Source: Catajapyx aquilonaris
Lineage: Eukaryota
Assembly: GCA_000934665.2 (NCBI GenBank)
Contig: KZ538349.1
Coordinates: forward strand, 1-64,000
Length of the DNA: 64,000 nucleotides
Direction of reading: 5' to 3'
This document shows positions 10,122 through 21,194 of the stretch, in pieces. A program made the translations under genes and the position numbers. How positions within the stretch are numbered: the stretch's first letter is position 1; each line of letters opens with the position of its first letter. The notes under the pieces were generated by a model. The model made no database searches, was not told the DNA's origin, and was given only the letters and a program-made list of their open reading frames with translations.

Positions 10122-11135
10122 AGCACCCAGAATGAAAACGCGCATAACTCCAAAAAAAACAACAATATTTTGTTTATGATCGCAAGTGGTACCTCAAGCC
10201 TAGGTGCAACAGCTGCAGAGAGGATACAACCCAATTCCACACGGAACACGGGATAAGATGGGGCCAAAACCCCAACCTAACTTTTTCCGGAAGTAAGGTT
10301 GCTTTCATTCTGAGTGGCCTGGTGCATGGCGATAGTCACGTGTCCAAAATTTTGGTTGGGGCAAAGTTTGATGTCATTACCATGAATGGTCATGATTTCC
10401 ATGATTTCAAATGGCATTTTGCGCCGATTTTAAGCTCTCTGTCACTAAGAAAGGTACCAAGCTTCTAATTTCAATATGAAAGATTCTGGAATACTCAAAG
10501 GTGCACAAGTTTCAAGTCAGGGTATCACAAACTATGTCTAGTACTCTGTGGTAGTCATTTGTACAGAGGAAAGCAACTGTGTCCCATTTCCTACGGAAGC
10601 ATTATACAAGGAATTCCTTCCAGTAAAGTCTGCAAAATTGACAGATGTTCTGAAACTGTCAAAGTACCTCTAATCAGCTGAAACTGACCGATTGATCAGG
10701 TCGTTGAAGTCTGTTGACGGTGACAATTACTCAGATTCTGATTAGTAAATCAGTGTGCCTGTATTGTAAGGCTTTTGGTGTATATTTTTGATGCCTGTGG
10801 GAATGAATGTTGCACCAATAAAGCAATACAGAATAAAATTGATTAACGTGTATTTATCCATGACCCGCAGCAGGAGAGTACAGTTAACTCGATAAAAGTG
10901 TTTATCAAGAATGAAAGCAACCTAACTCCACTCGATATATCTTGATTTGGCACCTATCCCATGTGGAGAAACTAGTCTGTCGGTGGTGGAAGAAGTAGCT
11001 TATAACATAGTCCTTAACCATGTGAAGCCACGTTTCACTTACTTAGGTACTAACAACAGGAGGCAGAAAAAACGTTCCCCTGAAAAATGTGTGATTTTGG
11101 AGTTATGCGCGTTTTCATTCCGGCTGGGTGATTCA
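10122..11135 (+). mobile_element. Internally deleted Sola1-like DNA transposon with a transposase C-terminal remnant
   Basis: Inverted ends GAATGAAAACGCGCATAACTCCAAAA (10130) and TTTTGGAGTTATGCGCGTTTTCATTC (11095). Inner inverted pair at 10297/10909. Broken frame at 10361-10673 reads FDVITMNGHDFHDFK...LYKEFLPVKSAKLTDVLKLSKYL, similar to Sola C-terminal motifs. Confidence 0.55.
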
Positions 11136-11991
11136 AGTGTTGGAAGAAAGCTACTGCCCCGAACGTGATGCGAGCCAAATTGCAGACCTGTTATTGTTGC
11201 GGATTTAACATGAGAAGATATCTCTTCAAGTGGCTTCATAGATGGGCATGGAAGGGAAACAGAAGTGAAAGGTTTTGAATAGCTGGTTGCAGGCGGGGCT
11301 GTTGATTATGAAGGACATTTTCATCGATTATTATTATCGATGGCAAAATGAGCAGGAATACAGACAGTGTATGCTCGAAATGAGTGAGGGTGTTACCATT
11401 GCGGCCACAGGTAGATCGTATACGGTATACAGATTGGGTTGGACGATGGGGGAGGGGGAGGGAGGGAGGGAGGGAGGGAGGGAGGGCTCTTCTCCCGCAT
11501 GACGACCACAACTCCGTTCCTGAATTGTGGCCTAAGAATCTCCCCTACACGTGCTCAATTGGATTATTCCGCTTGCCAAGCACTAAATGATCCAATAGTT
11601 GGTTTGTGGATGGGGTAGAGGGGTGGGGAGGTCGAGGGTGCGGTGCATGAGAACGTCACGTTCCACGGGTTTGTCTGCCTACTAGATCCAGGGAACCACT
11701 CATTATTTTCAACACAGCTCATTTGTGCACACTGCAATCATTCAAATTACGTGCTTCATTTGTTAGGAAGTTGACTTCTGCATCAGGTTGTCGGACATGT
11801 TTCGCTTATAAACTATTTTAATCATCGCATCACTGCTGATGATGATAACTTTTGGAAAACCTTCGCCAGCATCCCTAAAAACTAGCAAAATAAGACACTC
11901 GTAAACGACTCAAATAATGATGGAAATGCTTTCTTGATTCAGGATCCCGAGTCCTTCAAAACCAAATCTTCTGTAGGATCTGACAGATATA

Positions 11992-12555
11992 CAGGGTGTA
12001 AATGAATTCAATCGACAAACTTGTAGGGGTAATAGAGGGGACCAAGACAAGTATTTTTGACATAGGAACCCGTGTCCGGAAACGCCATCTAGAGGGGGTT
12101 CATAGACAAGGAACGGGTGCGCTCAGACGCGTCAGGCGAGAGGAGCTAGGCAAGCGGACTGTTTTGTTGATAGAGGATGCGCAGTTGTTGCCAGGTTATA
12201 TGGCATATCGCGTCATCGTAAGCAAACAACGACGTGATACGCCAAAACATGACAACAACAGAACCTTTGTTTACTCTCCACGCGTTTCCTAGGAGGCGTA
12301 CTTTAGTTGCTAGATGGCTCTGTTGTTGCCAGGTTATGGCACATCTCACCTATGTTTACTATCCGAGCGCCATCTATCAACAAAACAGTCCGCTCGCCTA
12401 GCGCCTCCCGCGTGGAGCGTCTGAGCGCACCCGTTCCTTGTCTATGAACCCCCTCTAGATGGCGTTTCTGGACACGGGTTCCTATGTCAAAAATACTTGT
12501 CTTGGTCCCCTCTATTACCCCTACAAGTTTGTCGATTGAATTCATTTACACCCTG
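11992..12555. mobile_element. Tc1/mariner-type palindromic MITE (CAGGGTG termini, TA TSD)
   Basis: About 180-bp near-perfect inverted arms, TA flanks. Related copies at 24121 and 37689. Confidence 0.92.
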
Positions 12556-12779
12556 TATACTGTACTAACGAATGAAATAATAACGATTTTCATTCTCGCA
12601 TAATTAAATCGGCATTGAGAATTCAGATGGGTTACAAATCGATTTGCAAATCAACATGCAGCATCGGGTGCCATGCCGGCTCCCCAGCGTCAGAAGCCAT
12701 TGCTAACTAACTACTTATCTAATTCAGGCAAATTGGCTTTACAGTCTCGTCATTTCATGTTCGTGCACAATTTATAGGA

Positions 12780-12782
<3 letters not shown>

Positions 12783-12816
<34 letters not shown>

Positions 12817-13239
12817 CCCAAGAATTATTATTATTATTATACCCAAGAATTATTATTATTATTATACCCAAGAATTATTATTATTCTTCTTCTTCTTCTT
12901 CTTCTTCTTCTTCTTGGGTAGTGCCTGACCCTATATACGGTATGCGGCAAGGACCTTTATTGTAACTTGTAGTACATAGACCATATTTCTGGAAATGCCC
13001 GGGCCCACGGGCAGGATGACAGGAGGGGATGTGCAAGGTGCAGTGCAATGTCTTAAACGTGGCCATTTTTAGTGAACTCCCCCGGGTGGTTTAGTCTGTT
13101 GGAAATACCACCCGAGACGAAGCCAGAGGTGACCCTGAACTCTGCACGAGATGAAGGGGGTGTCCCCAGGCTGGGATGGAACCCGGGACCTTAACATCCG
13201 TGGGCGCATACGTTACCGCAGCACCACTCCGCCTCCCCT
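12783..13239 (-). mobile_element. SINE family D, full length, with (GAA)n/(TAA)n tail
   Basis: Head at 13239, structured core, tail ...GGCACTACCCAAGAAGAAG. TSD ATTTATAGGATAT at 12770-12782 and 13240-13252. Confidence 0.9.
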
Positions 13240-13309
13240 ATTTATAGGATATAATAATGATCGTATAATTCATCACTCTCAGATCCGATTTTGCTCTCAC
13301 ACTAAACAG

Positions 13310-15092
13310 CAGGGGCGGATCCAGGGAGGAATTGGGGGGGGGGGGGGGGGGGGNNNGCACTGTAGGCGAGAATCGAAAAAACATGATCGAAAATAATAGC
13401 GCATTAATTAAGCCGTTTAAAGAGGTAAAAAAATGTCACCCAATGTTTTCGTAGTCGCTGATTTCAATTTTGAGGTTATTTTTAACGTAGCACTACCGGG
13501 TGTACCAAAAAAATATGGAAAGTTATAAAACAAGAATTAAACAATTCAATGAGGTGGAAATGAACTCTCCCTATGTTTTCCCGGTAGATTATTCAGAATT
13601 TAGATTGCCAAGAAATTTCGAACACAGAACTACAGGGTGTATGAAAAATCACAACATAAATGTTATAATATCGTAATTTAACGGTTGTATTAGCTAAAAA
13701 TTAGGTTCTGTATGATTTCGCGATCACTGATTCTGATTTCCAGGCTACTTACAACCAACCACTACAGGGTGTACCAAAAACACGATCTAATAATATAAGA
13801 GATGGCAAAATTTTAATTCAAAAAATGTGCATATTATGCAAAATTATAAAATGTTCAAATGCATAAAGAAATACAATGAAACTTCTCCATTGCGAAAAAA
13901 TTTCTGGGCCTATGCGTAGGAATGCAATGTATTTTTGACGATATAACCGAAACCTGTCCACTACATAAAGTTTTTGGTGTCCCATTCTATTCCAATACAC
14001 AGCTTGGTTTCACTGTACCACATAAATGTAAAGTCTATATGATACAAAATATTATGTAGTTTGATCATGATTCACCAGGACTTATTAACTAATTCCAAAA
14101 CCGAAACATTCCATAATCAAGTCAGCCCTATTTGATATCCACTCATTTAATTGTTTCAGTCATGTTTCATAACATTTGATCGCGTTTTTTTGGTACACCC
14201 TGTGTGCTGTGCTGAAAATAACCTCAAAATCGAAATCGTCGACCACGAAAACATAGGAATACATTATTTTTACCTGCTTAAGCGAATTAATTAAGAGCAA
14301 TTATTTTCGATTCTAATCCCACGACTGGCCTGTTTCCTACGCACCAGCTAGGTGTTTTCATTTATAAAATGACGAGTAGCGGCCAGTAGCAGCTAGACTA
14401 TATTGCGCTAGTTACTATACACCCAGACGGTCATCGTGAGACCAATTTTATGAGTCAGCCGTTGTTAGCCGCTTTTGCAGGGAAGGTTTTATCGTACGAA
14501 AAGCTGGAAAAAAAGGTTTCGGGTTTCCCCCTCCCCCCGGAAGATAAGAAAGCAATAATTACTCATTTCAGATATCATATTGTTCGTCAAGGAAAGCTCT
14601 ACAAGAGAAGGTACTCCCATGTTCAAAATACTCTTTTACGACTGAAGCCAAGCATCGTTTATAAGGGCATTTTCATGGAAAAAAATCCTGTTTAAAAATG
14701 CCCTTTTTTTCTCGGACTTTGGCAGCATGAAACAATTCACAAACAATAGGGATGGTAGAACTAACATAAGAATCACGTCAGGCCCCACACGAACTGGACT
14801 TGAATTGACGGAGTTTTGAAGTATTTACAAAAACAGTGGAAAAAGTATTTTCGATCATGCTTTTTCGAATCTAGCCTACAGTGTTGCGGGAAGGAAGTCC
14901 GCCGCAGGCGCAAATGGGGGGGGGTTCAAGGTCACACGAGCTTAGGTGAATGTGGGAGGTGTGAGTTTAGCATGAAAAAATCGCGGTTCGAATGAAATCT
15001 GAGGTGATTGCTATAATTTTCAAGGGTCTTAGGCTGATTTGGGGGAGGGGGGGGNCCCCTATTCCCCCCCCCCCCCCGTGAATCCGCCCCTG
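13310..15092. mobile_element. hAT-like MITE (CAGGGGCGGAT termini) split by a nested element
   Basis: CAGGGGCGGATCCAGGG...polyG at the left, polyC...GAATCCGCCCCTG at the right. Flanking direct repeat TAAACAG at 13303-13309 and 15093-15099. Confidence 0.75.
13358..14883. mobile_element. CAC-terminated TIR element (Transib/CMC-like), non-autonomous
   Basis: TIR CACTGTAGGCGAGAATCGAAAAAACATGATCGAAAATA mirrored at 14846-14883. Internal tandem units of about 130 bp containing ACTACAGGGTGT. Left TSD is obscured by Ns. Confidence 0.75.
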
Positions 15093-15636
15093 TAAACAGT
15101 CGTGTTCAGCTGATCTTGGCGAAATACAAATGTAACAAAATATGACAGGTTGCCAACTTGGAATTGGCACTGAACACCTAGGCATGCTTCTCACAGTCGG
15201 CATAACTCAGGTAGTAGTTTCATCACAGGTTACGAGGGTATGCGAAATGAAGAGAGATGCATTGAATCACTGGAACACGGAGCAGTGCGGACAGGGGTAT
15301 AATTATCCTGGCCTCTTCTGCTACACACGCACTAAGTTTGATACCTAGCCCAACGAATGGGAAATGGAATAACAAGTCCTGCTATGGACCTAAGTGTGAT
15401 CCAGTTCATACCTTCAGGAACGAATCGATAGGGACACACACAAAATGCACAGGCGAATGCAGGTAGCTCGTACTGTGCTTGTGCTGTAATGTGATCGCCT
15501 ATAGCGACTAATTATGAGGCGAAGGATGCCACCCACGCCACGGAATGAATACGGAAATTCTTCCCACCGGTTACGACGTCAATGTTTCGGTACGTCCATC
15601 AGACAGTTGTTCAAGCTACTCAGTATCATCACTCGA

Positions 15637-15684
<48 letters not shown>

Positions 15685-16003
15685 CTCAGTATTATTGCAA
15701 CATATACGCATCCGGTAATGCGTTTAATTATCAGCGTGTTAACGCCAGACGCAGTATTCAGGCCTTAAGCTGCAATTTGGCCTGCTATTCATAAATCAAT
15801 GCCAAGTTTGCATTCGAAACAGAGGGCTTGGTGAGACTGAGTGGTGGCAGGCCCTAACTGTGACATTGTTGACGCCCTTGACGGTGAAAATCCCAGCATT
15901 CAAGTTGCTTTCTAAATGCAATCTTATCTGTTGAAAAGTGCACATTTTGTGACAGGCTCTACCCCAATCATTAACACAAATGAAATAACTGTCAGATACA
16001 TTA

Positions 16004-16086
16004 GATGCCCAATGGCATATTATACAGAGAACACCACCGGCGCGGCGTGCCGGTGGTGTTCTCTGTATAATATGCCATTGGGCGTC
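16004..16086. repeat. Near-perfect 83-bp palindrome
   Basis: GATGCCCAATGGCATATTATACAGAGAACACCACCGGC is mirrored with almost no spacer. Confidence 0.9.
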
Positions 16087-16337
16087 TTCCGGCGGATATG
16101 GCACTTGCCAAAAAGGAGGCCTTTTTAAAAGATTTTCCAGGTAAAAGTGAAACAAGAGCAGCCTGAGAACCATCAGTCACAGTCAGCAGGCGCTGACTGT
16201 AATATATTCGAGGTGCCCACGCCCAAAACACCCACTACTTTCGAAAAAGAGACAAGCATAATTCCTTGGCCGCCTCCCTGTCACCGCCGCCGCGCCGTAT
16301 GTTTCAAACTCTTGATTATTTTGGCTTTATTGCCACG

Positions 16338-16369
<32 letters not shown>

Positions 16370-16727
16370 CATAATAATAATAATAATAATAATAATTGTG
16401 CCGAGGCAGTGGAACTTGTTCTAATCAGTACCGGTAGTTTAGGAGCTACTCCACTATACAACGGATCCATTAGATAGCAGCGGTGCGTGTTGTTTAGTTA
16501 CATGACAGTCTCGCCAGAAGCAAGTAGCAGGTTCACCTTATCTTAATGCCAGTTCAGGCCTCGCAATCATCGTCACCTTCTGCACTGTAATTGAATGCCT
16601 CAATATAGCAAGGCCTCCTAGGTGTACTGGACCTTTCGAAACATCTACATGTACATTGTTGGCTTATATTGGGCCGACGATAACTGAGGAAGCCAGGTAT
16701 CGCACTATAGAAGAAAGACAAACACCC

Positions 16728-17067
16728 GAGGAGGTGTAGATGGCCGAGATGGTAACGTCTCGGCTTGCTGAGTGAAAGGCCCGAGGTTCGATCCCCGCCT
16801 GGGAACTCCCTTTCGCCTGCGTCGAGAGGGTCTCTGACCCGCACCTTGGAGGTGTCTGGGAACCTAACCTCCTGGGGAACAACACATGACCCATTTACCG
16901 ACATTGCACATGCACCTACGTATGTTCCCTCCCCAAAAATCCCTATCCCTACCCTACATCCTTGACTCCTTGCACCGGAGAATGAAGTTAATATAGAAAA
17001 ATGGAGTAAAATGGTGGTATTCCACCCCCCTGAAAAGGCCTAGACGGCCTACCGGGATAAACAGAAA
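16728..17067 (+). mobile_element. tRNA-derived SINE family C
   Basis: A box TGGCCGAGATGG, B box GGTTCGATCCC, structured core, variant of the shared tail. TSD AAACACCC. Confidence 0.9.
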
Positions 17068-17114
17068 AAACACCCTGTACTGCACATGGTCGCGCGGCTC
17101 ATCTTATGCGTACA

Positions 17115-18044
17115 CTAGAAAAACCCTCGCTACGCTCGCATTTTTCTATGGCGCAGGCGTAGAAAACCACTCGCTTCGCTCGCTTTTTTCTAGTCCTACG
17201 GCCTACAGTGCCTGCCATATTTTTAATCGCTTCGGATTTATAGCCAATGATGATGCCCATCCCCCAACCATATGCATACACCCCCACCCGTTCCTCCGTG
17301 CGTTCACATGTCCGTGATTCTGTACCCTGCGACCAATCTGCAATCCCACCTTTGCTTTGCATTGGCTGGGAAATATGCATTTGCCCACTTCAACATACCA
17401 ATACCTTTTGAATTTTTAAAAACCCAAATTACTGTATGACCTGTACCGCTTCTACTCGCATGTACTCGCGCGCGTGTGTCTAAATTATATGCACACTTTC
17501 CGACCACGTTTTTCTAACTGCTCATAACTCCCCCCTATAAACGTCTATGGAAGTCTGCAGTGTTTGTATTAGATGATCCAAACACTGGTTTCATTCTTCC
17601 CGACACTTTCTTGTGGCGTTCTCGACCGTTCTCGACCTATCCCCGGGTTCAGTGTCCATGGAGTTGGCACCACTGATAAACACCATCCCGACCTAGCCTA
17701 TGTTCGGTTTGTTTGCGACGTTCCAATTCGGCCATTCCTCCTCTGCCCCCCCCCCNCTCCCCCCCCCCGTTGTGAGGTCACCGTGAAGACGTGGGTAGAG
17801 GAAGGTGGAAGGGTAGAAGGGTCTTCACGGGAGAGGAGATGTGTCCTCGTTGACGTCCAGCAAGCGACTGTGACGTTCTTCCACCCATTGCGCATGCTCG
17901 GAACGGGGGCCAATCGGAGGCGTCATGGTAACAATACATCCAGGTAACAATGGGCGGGGGCCAATCGGAACGTGGCGGTAACAACAATATGGGGGCGGAC
18001 CAATCAGAGGGCTTATACACACACCGCAAGCATTTTAATATACA
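17115..18044 (-). mobile_element. Candidate non-autonomous Helitron
   Basis: Minus strand ends GCGAGCGTAGCGAGGGTTTTTCTAG|T, a Helitron-like 3' end, with a second GCGAGCGAAGCGAG motif just upstream. Putative 5' start TGTATATTAAAATG is one change from TCTATA. No TSD. Confidence 0.45.
17890..18020 (+). promoter_or_regulatory. Cluster of three CCAAT boxes with GC boxes and GGTAAC (RFX half-site-like) motifs
   Basis: CCAATC at 17910, 17961 and 18000. GGGCGG at ~17952 and ~17993. CATGGTAAC and two further GGTAAC. Function is inferred only. Confidence 0.35.
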
Positions 18045-19537
18045 CCCTCCACATTTCCAAGTGTACATTATTCTGGCCCTCTCGAAACAATGCATTACGT
18101 GAATGAAACCACAACTATCCATTTCCACCCTCGATGTTGGTCCCCCAGACTCAAATTTTTCGATTTTATCCAATCGATTCCACATAACAGTGGGGAACGA
18201 AAAGAGGTTGTAAAGCACAACCTCATTTTCTTACCCACATAAAAGTTCTGCACAAAAGGCCAGCCAATTCACTTCTAATCTTCTACACATATCAATTAAG
18301 GGCTGATGGGATACAGAGTATACCATGGGTGTATACTTGCTAGAAAACCCTAGTATAGGATATCCTGCAATGATAGTGTACATTATCTTAGGGCCGGTTG
18401 GTCATTCGCAGGCACACGGTGCGGCGGATCCTCTTGTTATGATTGATTATAAACAAAGTACCAATTACTAATGTACGGCCCGTACATCATATACGTGCCT
18501 GGACACAACGGCTTCGAGGGATATTGTTTGTGAAACTTTCACATCTTATCTTGTGATCTTATCATTCACGCCACTAAACAAGGTTGTAAAATTGCATGTC
18601 TAAAGTACGAGCAGCCCCCTGACACAAATACGATACGGTAGTTTAATATAAAAGTCTCCGCCATGCCGGGAAATTGGCGCTGGCGCGCCGCCACAAGGAT
18701 CTACCACTGCCAGCCACCCGAATCCCAGTCGTCCCACGCCGTTTCCATAGCAAGAGCTCGCTAGCTTCCAATAGAAAACTTTTTAGTCAAGATGTCAAGG
18801 GACGAAAAATGTGTCAACTGTGCATTTGGTGAGGAGAGCATGAAATTTGGTACAAATGTCCCTGAGACCATATACTCTTCCAATCCAGATATGGCGCCAC
18901 GCCCGTTTTGGCTCCGGAGACCCGTAATTGCGGGTTGGCTACCCTTCAGCGAGTGAAAAGTCTTTTTCAAGTCGCTGTTCGCCGAAAATACGTACCGTAC
19001 GTGGAAAAGGTACTTTATACTTTTTTGTCGTAGCGTACATGTTTCTCTACAACCTTTGTTTGGCACATATCCATCTGAGAAGCATAGTTCACTCAGAAAA
19101 AGGCTTTTCACTTGCTTCTAGGTAGCCAACCCGCAATTACGGGCCTCCGGAGCCAAAACAGGCGTGGCGCCATATTTGGATTTGAAGAGCATGGTCTGAG
19201 GGACAGTTGTACCAAATTTTATGTTTTATCGCCAAATGCACGGTTGACCCTATTATTTTCGTCCCTTAATTCCATGACTACGGGTTCAAGTCACTGTAGC
19301 ACCGAAAATACGGAATGTACGTGGAAAAGGTACACTATACTTTTTGTAGAATATAGGTTTCTCTACAACCTTTGTTTGGCACATATCCGCCTTAGAGGCA
19401 TAGTTTCGCTCAGAAAAAAAACCTTTTCTCTCGCTTCAAGGTAGCCAACCCGCAATTACGGGCCTCCGGGGCCAAAACGGGCGTGGCGCCATATCTGTAT
19501 TTGAAGAGTATGGTCTCAGGGACCTATTTGTACCAAA

Positions 19538-21194
19538 GGATATGGCACCATCCTTGTGGGAAATGGCTTTCGGTTAAATTCTCCCAATTTTTTATATGTT
19601 GTAGAAAATAAGATGGTGATCAATTCTTAACATTGCGCCAAGACCTGAAAATCATCAGGTCACCCGCTACATCAAGTCAATAACTGCAGTCTACCGTTTC
19701 CTCATAAAGTCCACCAAATGTGGTACCAATGGGACGGGCTTGATTAGCTGGTTCTGAAAAACCCCACATGTTGACTCCTGTGACCTACAGGTCACGCGAT
19801 TTTTCGGGTCAAAGATACAAAATATCGGTCCATCAATTGGCCCATCTACTGTACAGTCCCGGACAAAATAGCATATATAAATGTAAATAACGGCTTTGGC
19901 GTTACCTGGCAACTGGGCGTGTTCTGATATCGGCATATGGAGAGTGCTTAGCGTTCTTTCTATTGTTGCCCCTGCTTACACGTAGCAATTGATGCTGGGC
20001 GACCTATAGGTCGCAGCCCGCTTATTCCGATGCCATGCATTAGACCCGTCGCTGGGTCTCCCAGCATCAATCGCTACCTGTAAACAGAAGCAACAATAGG
20101 AAGAACGCTATGCACTCTCCATACGTCGATGTCAGAACACGCCCAGTTGCCAGGTAACGCCAAAGCCGTAGTTTACATTTATGATGTGCTATTTTGTCCG
20201 GGACTGTACGGTACAGTAGATGGGCCAATTGAGGGACCGATATTTTGTATCTTTGGCCCGAAGTAGCGCGTGACCTGTATTTGACCCGATGCACAGTGTG
20301 TCCAAACGCGAGAACACTTGGACAAAAATGGTAAAACCAAGTTAGCAGAGTCGTGTCAAATCTGCCCGAATTTAATAAATGAATGTCTGAACAATAATAA
20401 AAAGAACCCTTGGTAGGTTAAATTGAGATGCGTTTTATGCCAGGCAGGTACTCAAGTCGACTGTTCGCCTGCCACCTTTTTGTCTATTCAGTCGGCTTCG
20501 AATGGTCATGGAAGAAAGGTCACTGCATTTCCTAATTCAGGCTCATCCGGATTTTAAGCTGTGCATAAAATACCTCTGGCTAAGTACTACTTACTCTCAT
20601 GTAGCAATTTCAATGTGATCTTGAAGTATCGGTGCCAGGCGGTCCTTTCTTGAGGCCTCCATCACCCGTATTTGTCACGTCAATGATTTGATTTCAAAGA
20701 CGAAAAGTAACGGATTTCACAATATTTCACTTCGAATCACACATTAAACGAAAGACTAGACTCCCTAGGTATAGACTCACTTCGTTTCAACCCCACATAA
20801 TCCCACATTTTTTCCAAAAATGAGGCAGCATTTGTCATGTTACCCCGACAAAAGTTGCAATTATGTGCACTTAAAACTAAGTGAATCTATAACACGGGAG
20901 TCTAGTCATTCGTTTGGTGTGTCATTCAAAGGGAAACTTGTGAAATTCACTACTTTTCATCTTGAAATCAGAGGAATATCGTGACCTTCGTGACAAATCC
21001 GCGCGGAATGGAAGCCATTTTTGTCCAAGCATTTCCGCGTTTGGACACACTGTGCGATGTAGCGGATGACCTGATGATTTTCAGGTCTTGGCACAATGTT
21101 AAGAATTATTGATTACCAGCTTATTTTCTACGACATATAAAAAATTGGGAGAATTTAACCGAAAGCCATTTCCCATAAGGATGGTGCCATATCC
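19538..21194. mobile_element. Spy-type (PHIS) non-autonomous element inserted at AAA|TTT without TSD
   Basis: About 135-bp TIR GGATATGGCACCATCCTT. Flanks are AAA (19535-19537) and TTT (21195-21197). The empty-site sequence GTACCAAATTT is present in the paralogous unit at ~19209. Confidence 0.8.
20292..21054. mobile_element. Transib-like MITE with RSS-like TIRs and a 5-bp TSD
   Basis: CACAGTG...CACTGTG termini with 40-bp TIRs. TSD CGATG at 20287-20291 and 21055-21059. Confidence 0.88.

Noticed and set aside
12810..12885. CRISPR-like repeat-spacer array
   Set aside because: 10-bp repeats with microsatellite spacers in eukaryotic DNA, and no cas genes.
13358..13390. 12-RSS partner for the 23-RSS element
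   Set aside because: The heptamer is CACTGTA, the A-tract spacing is not 12 bp, and it belongs to a separate element.
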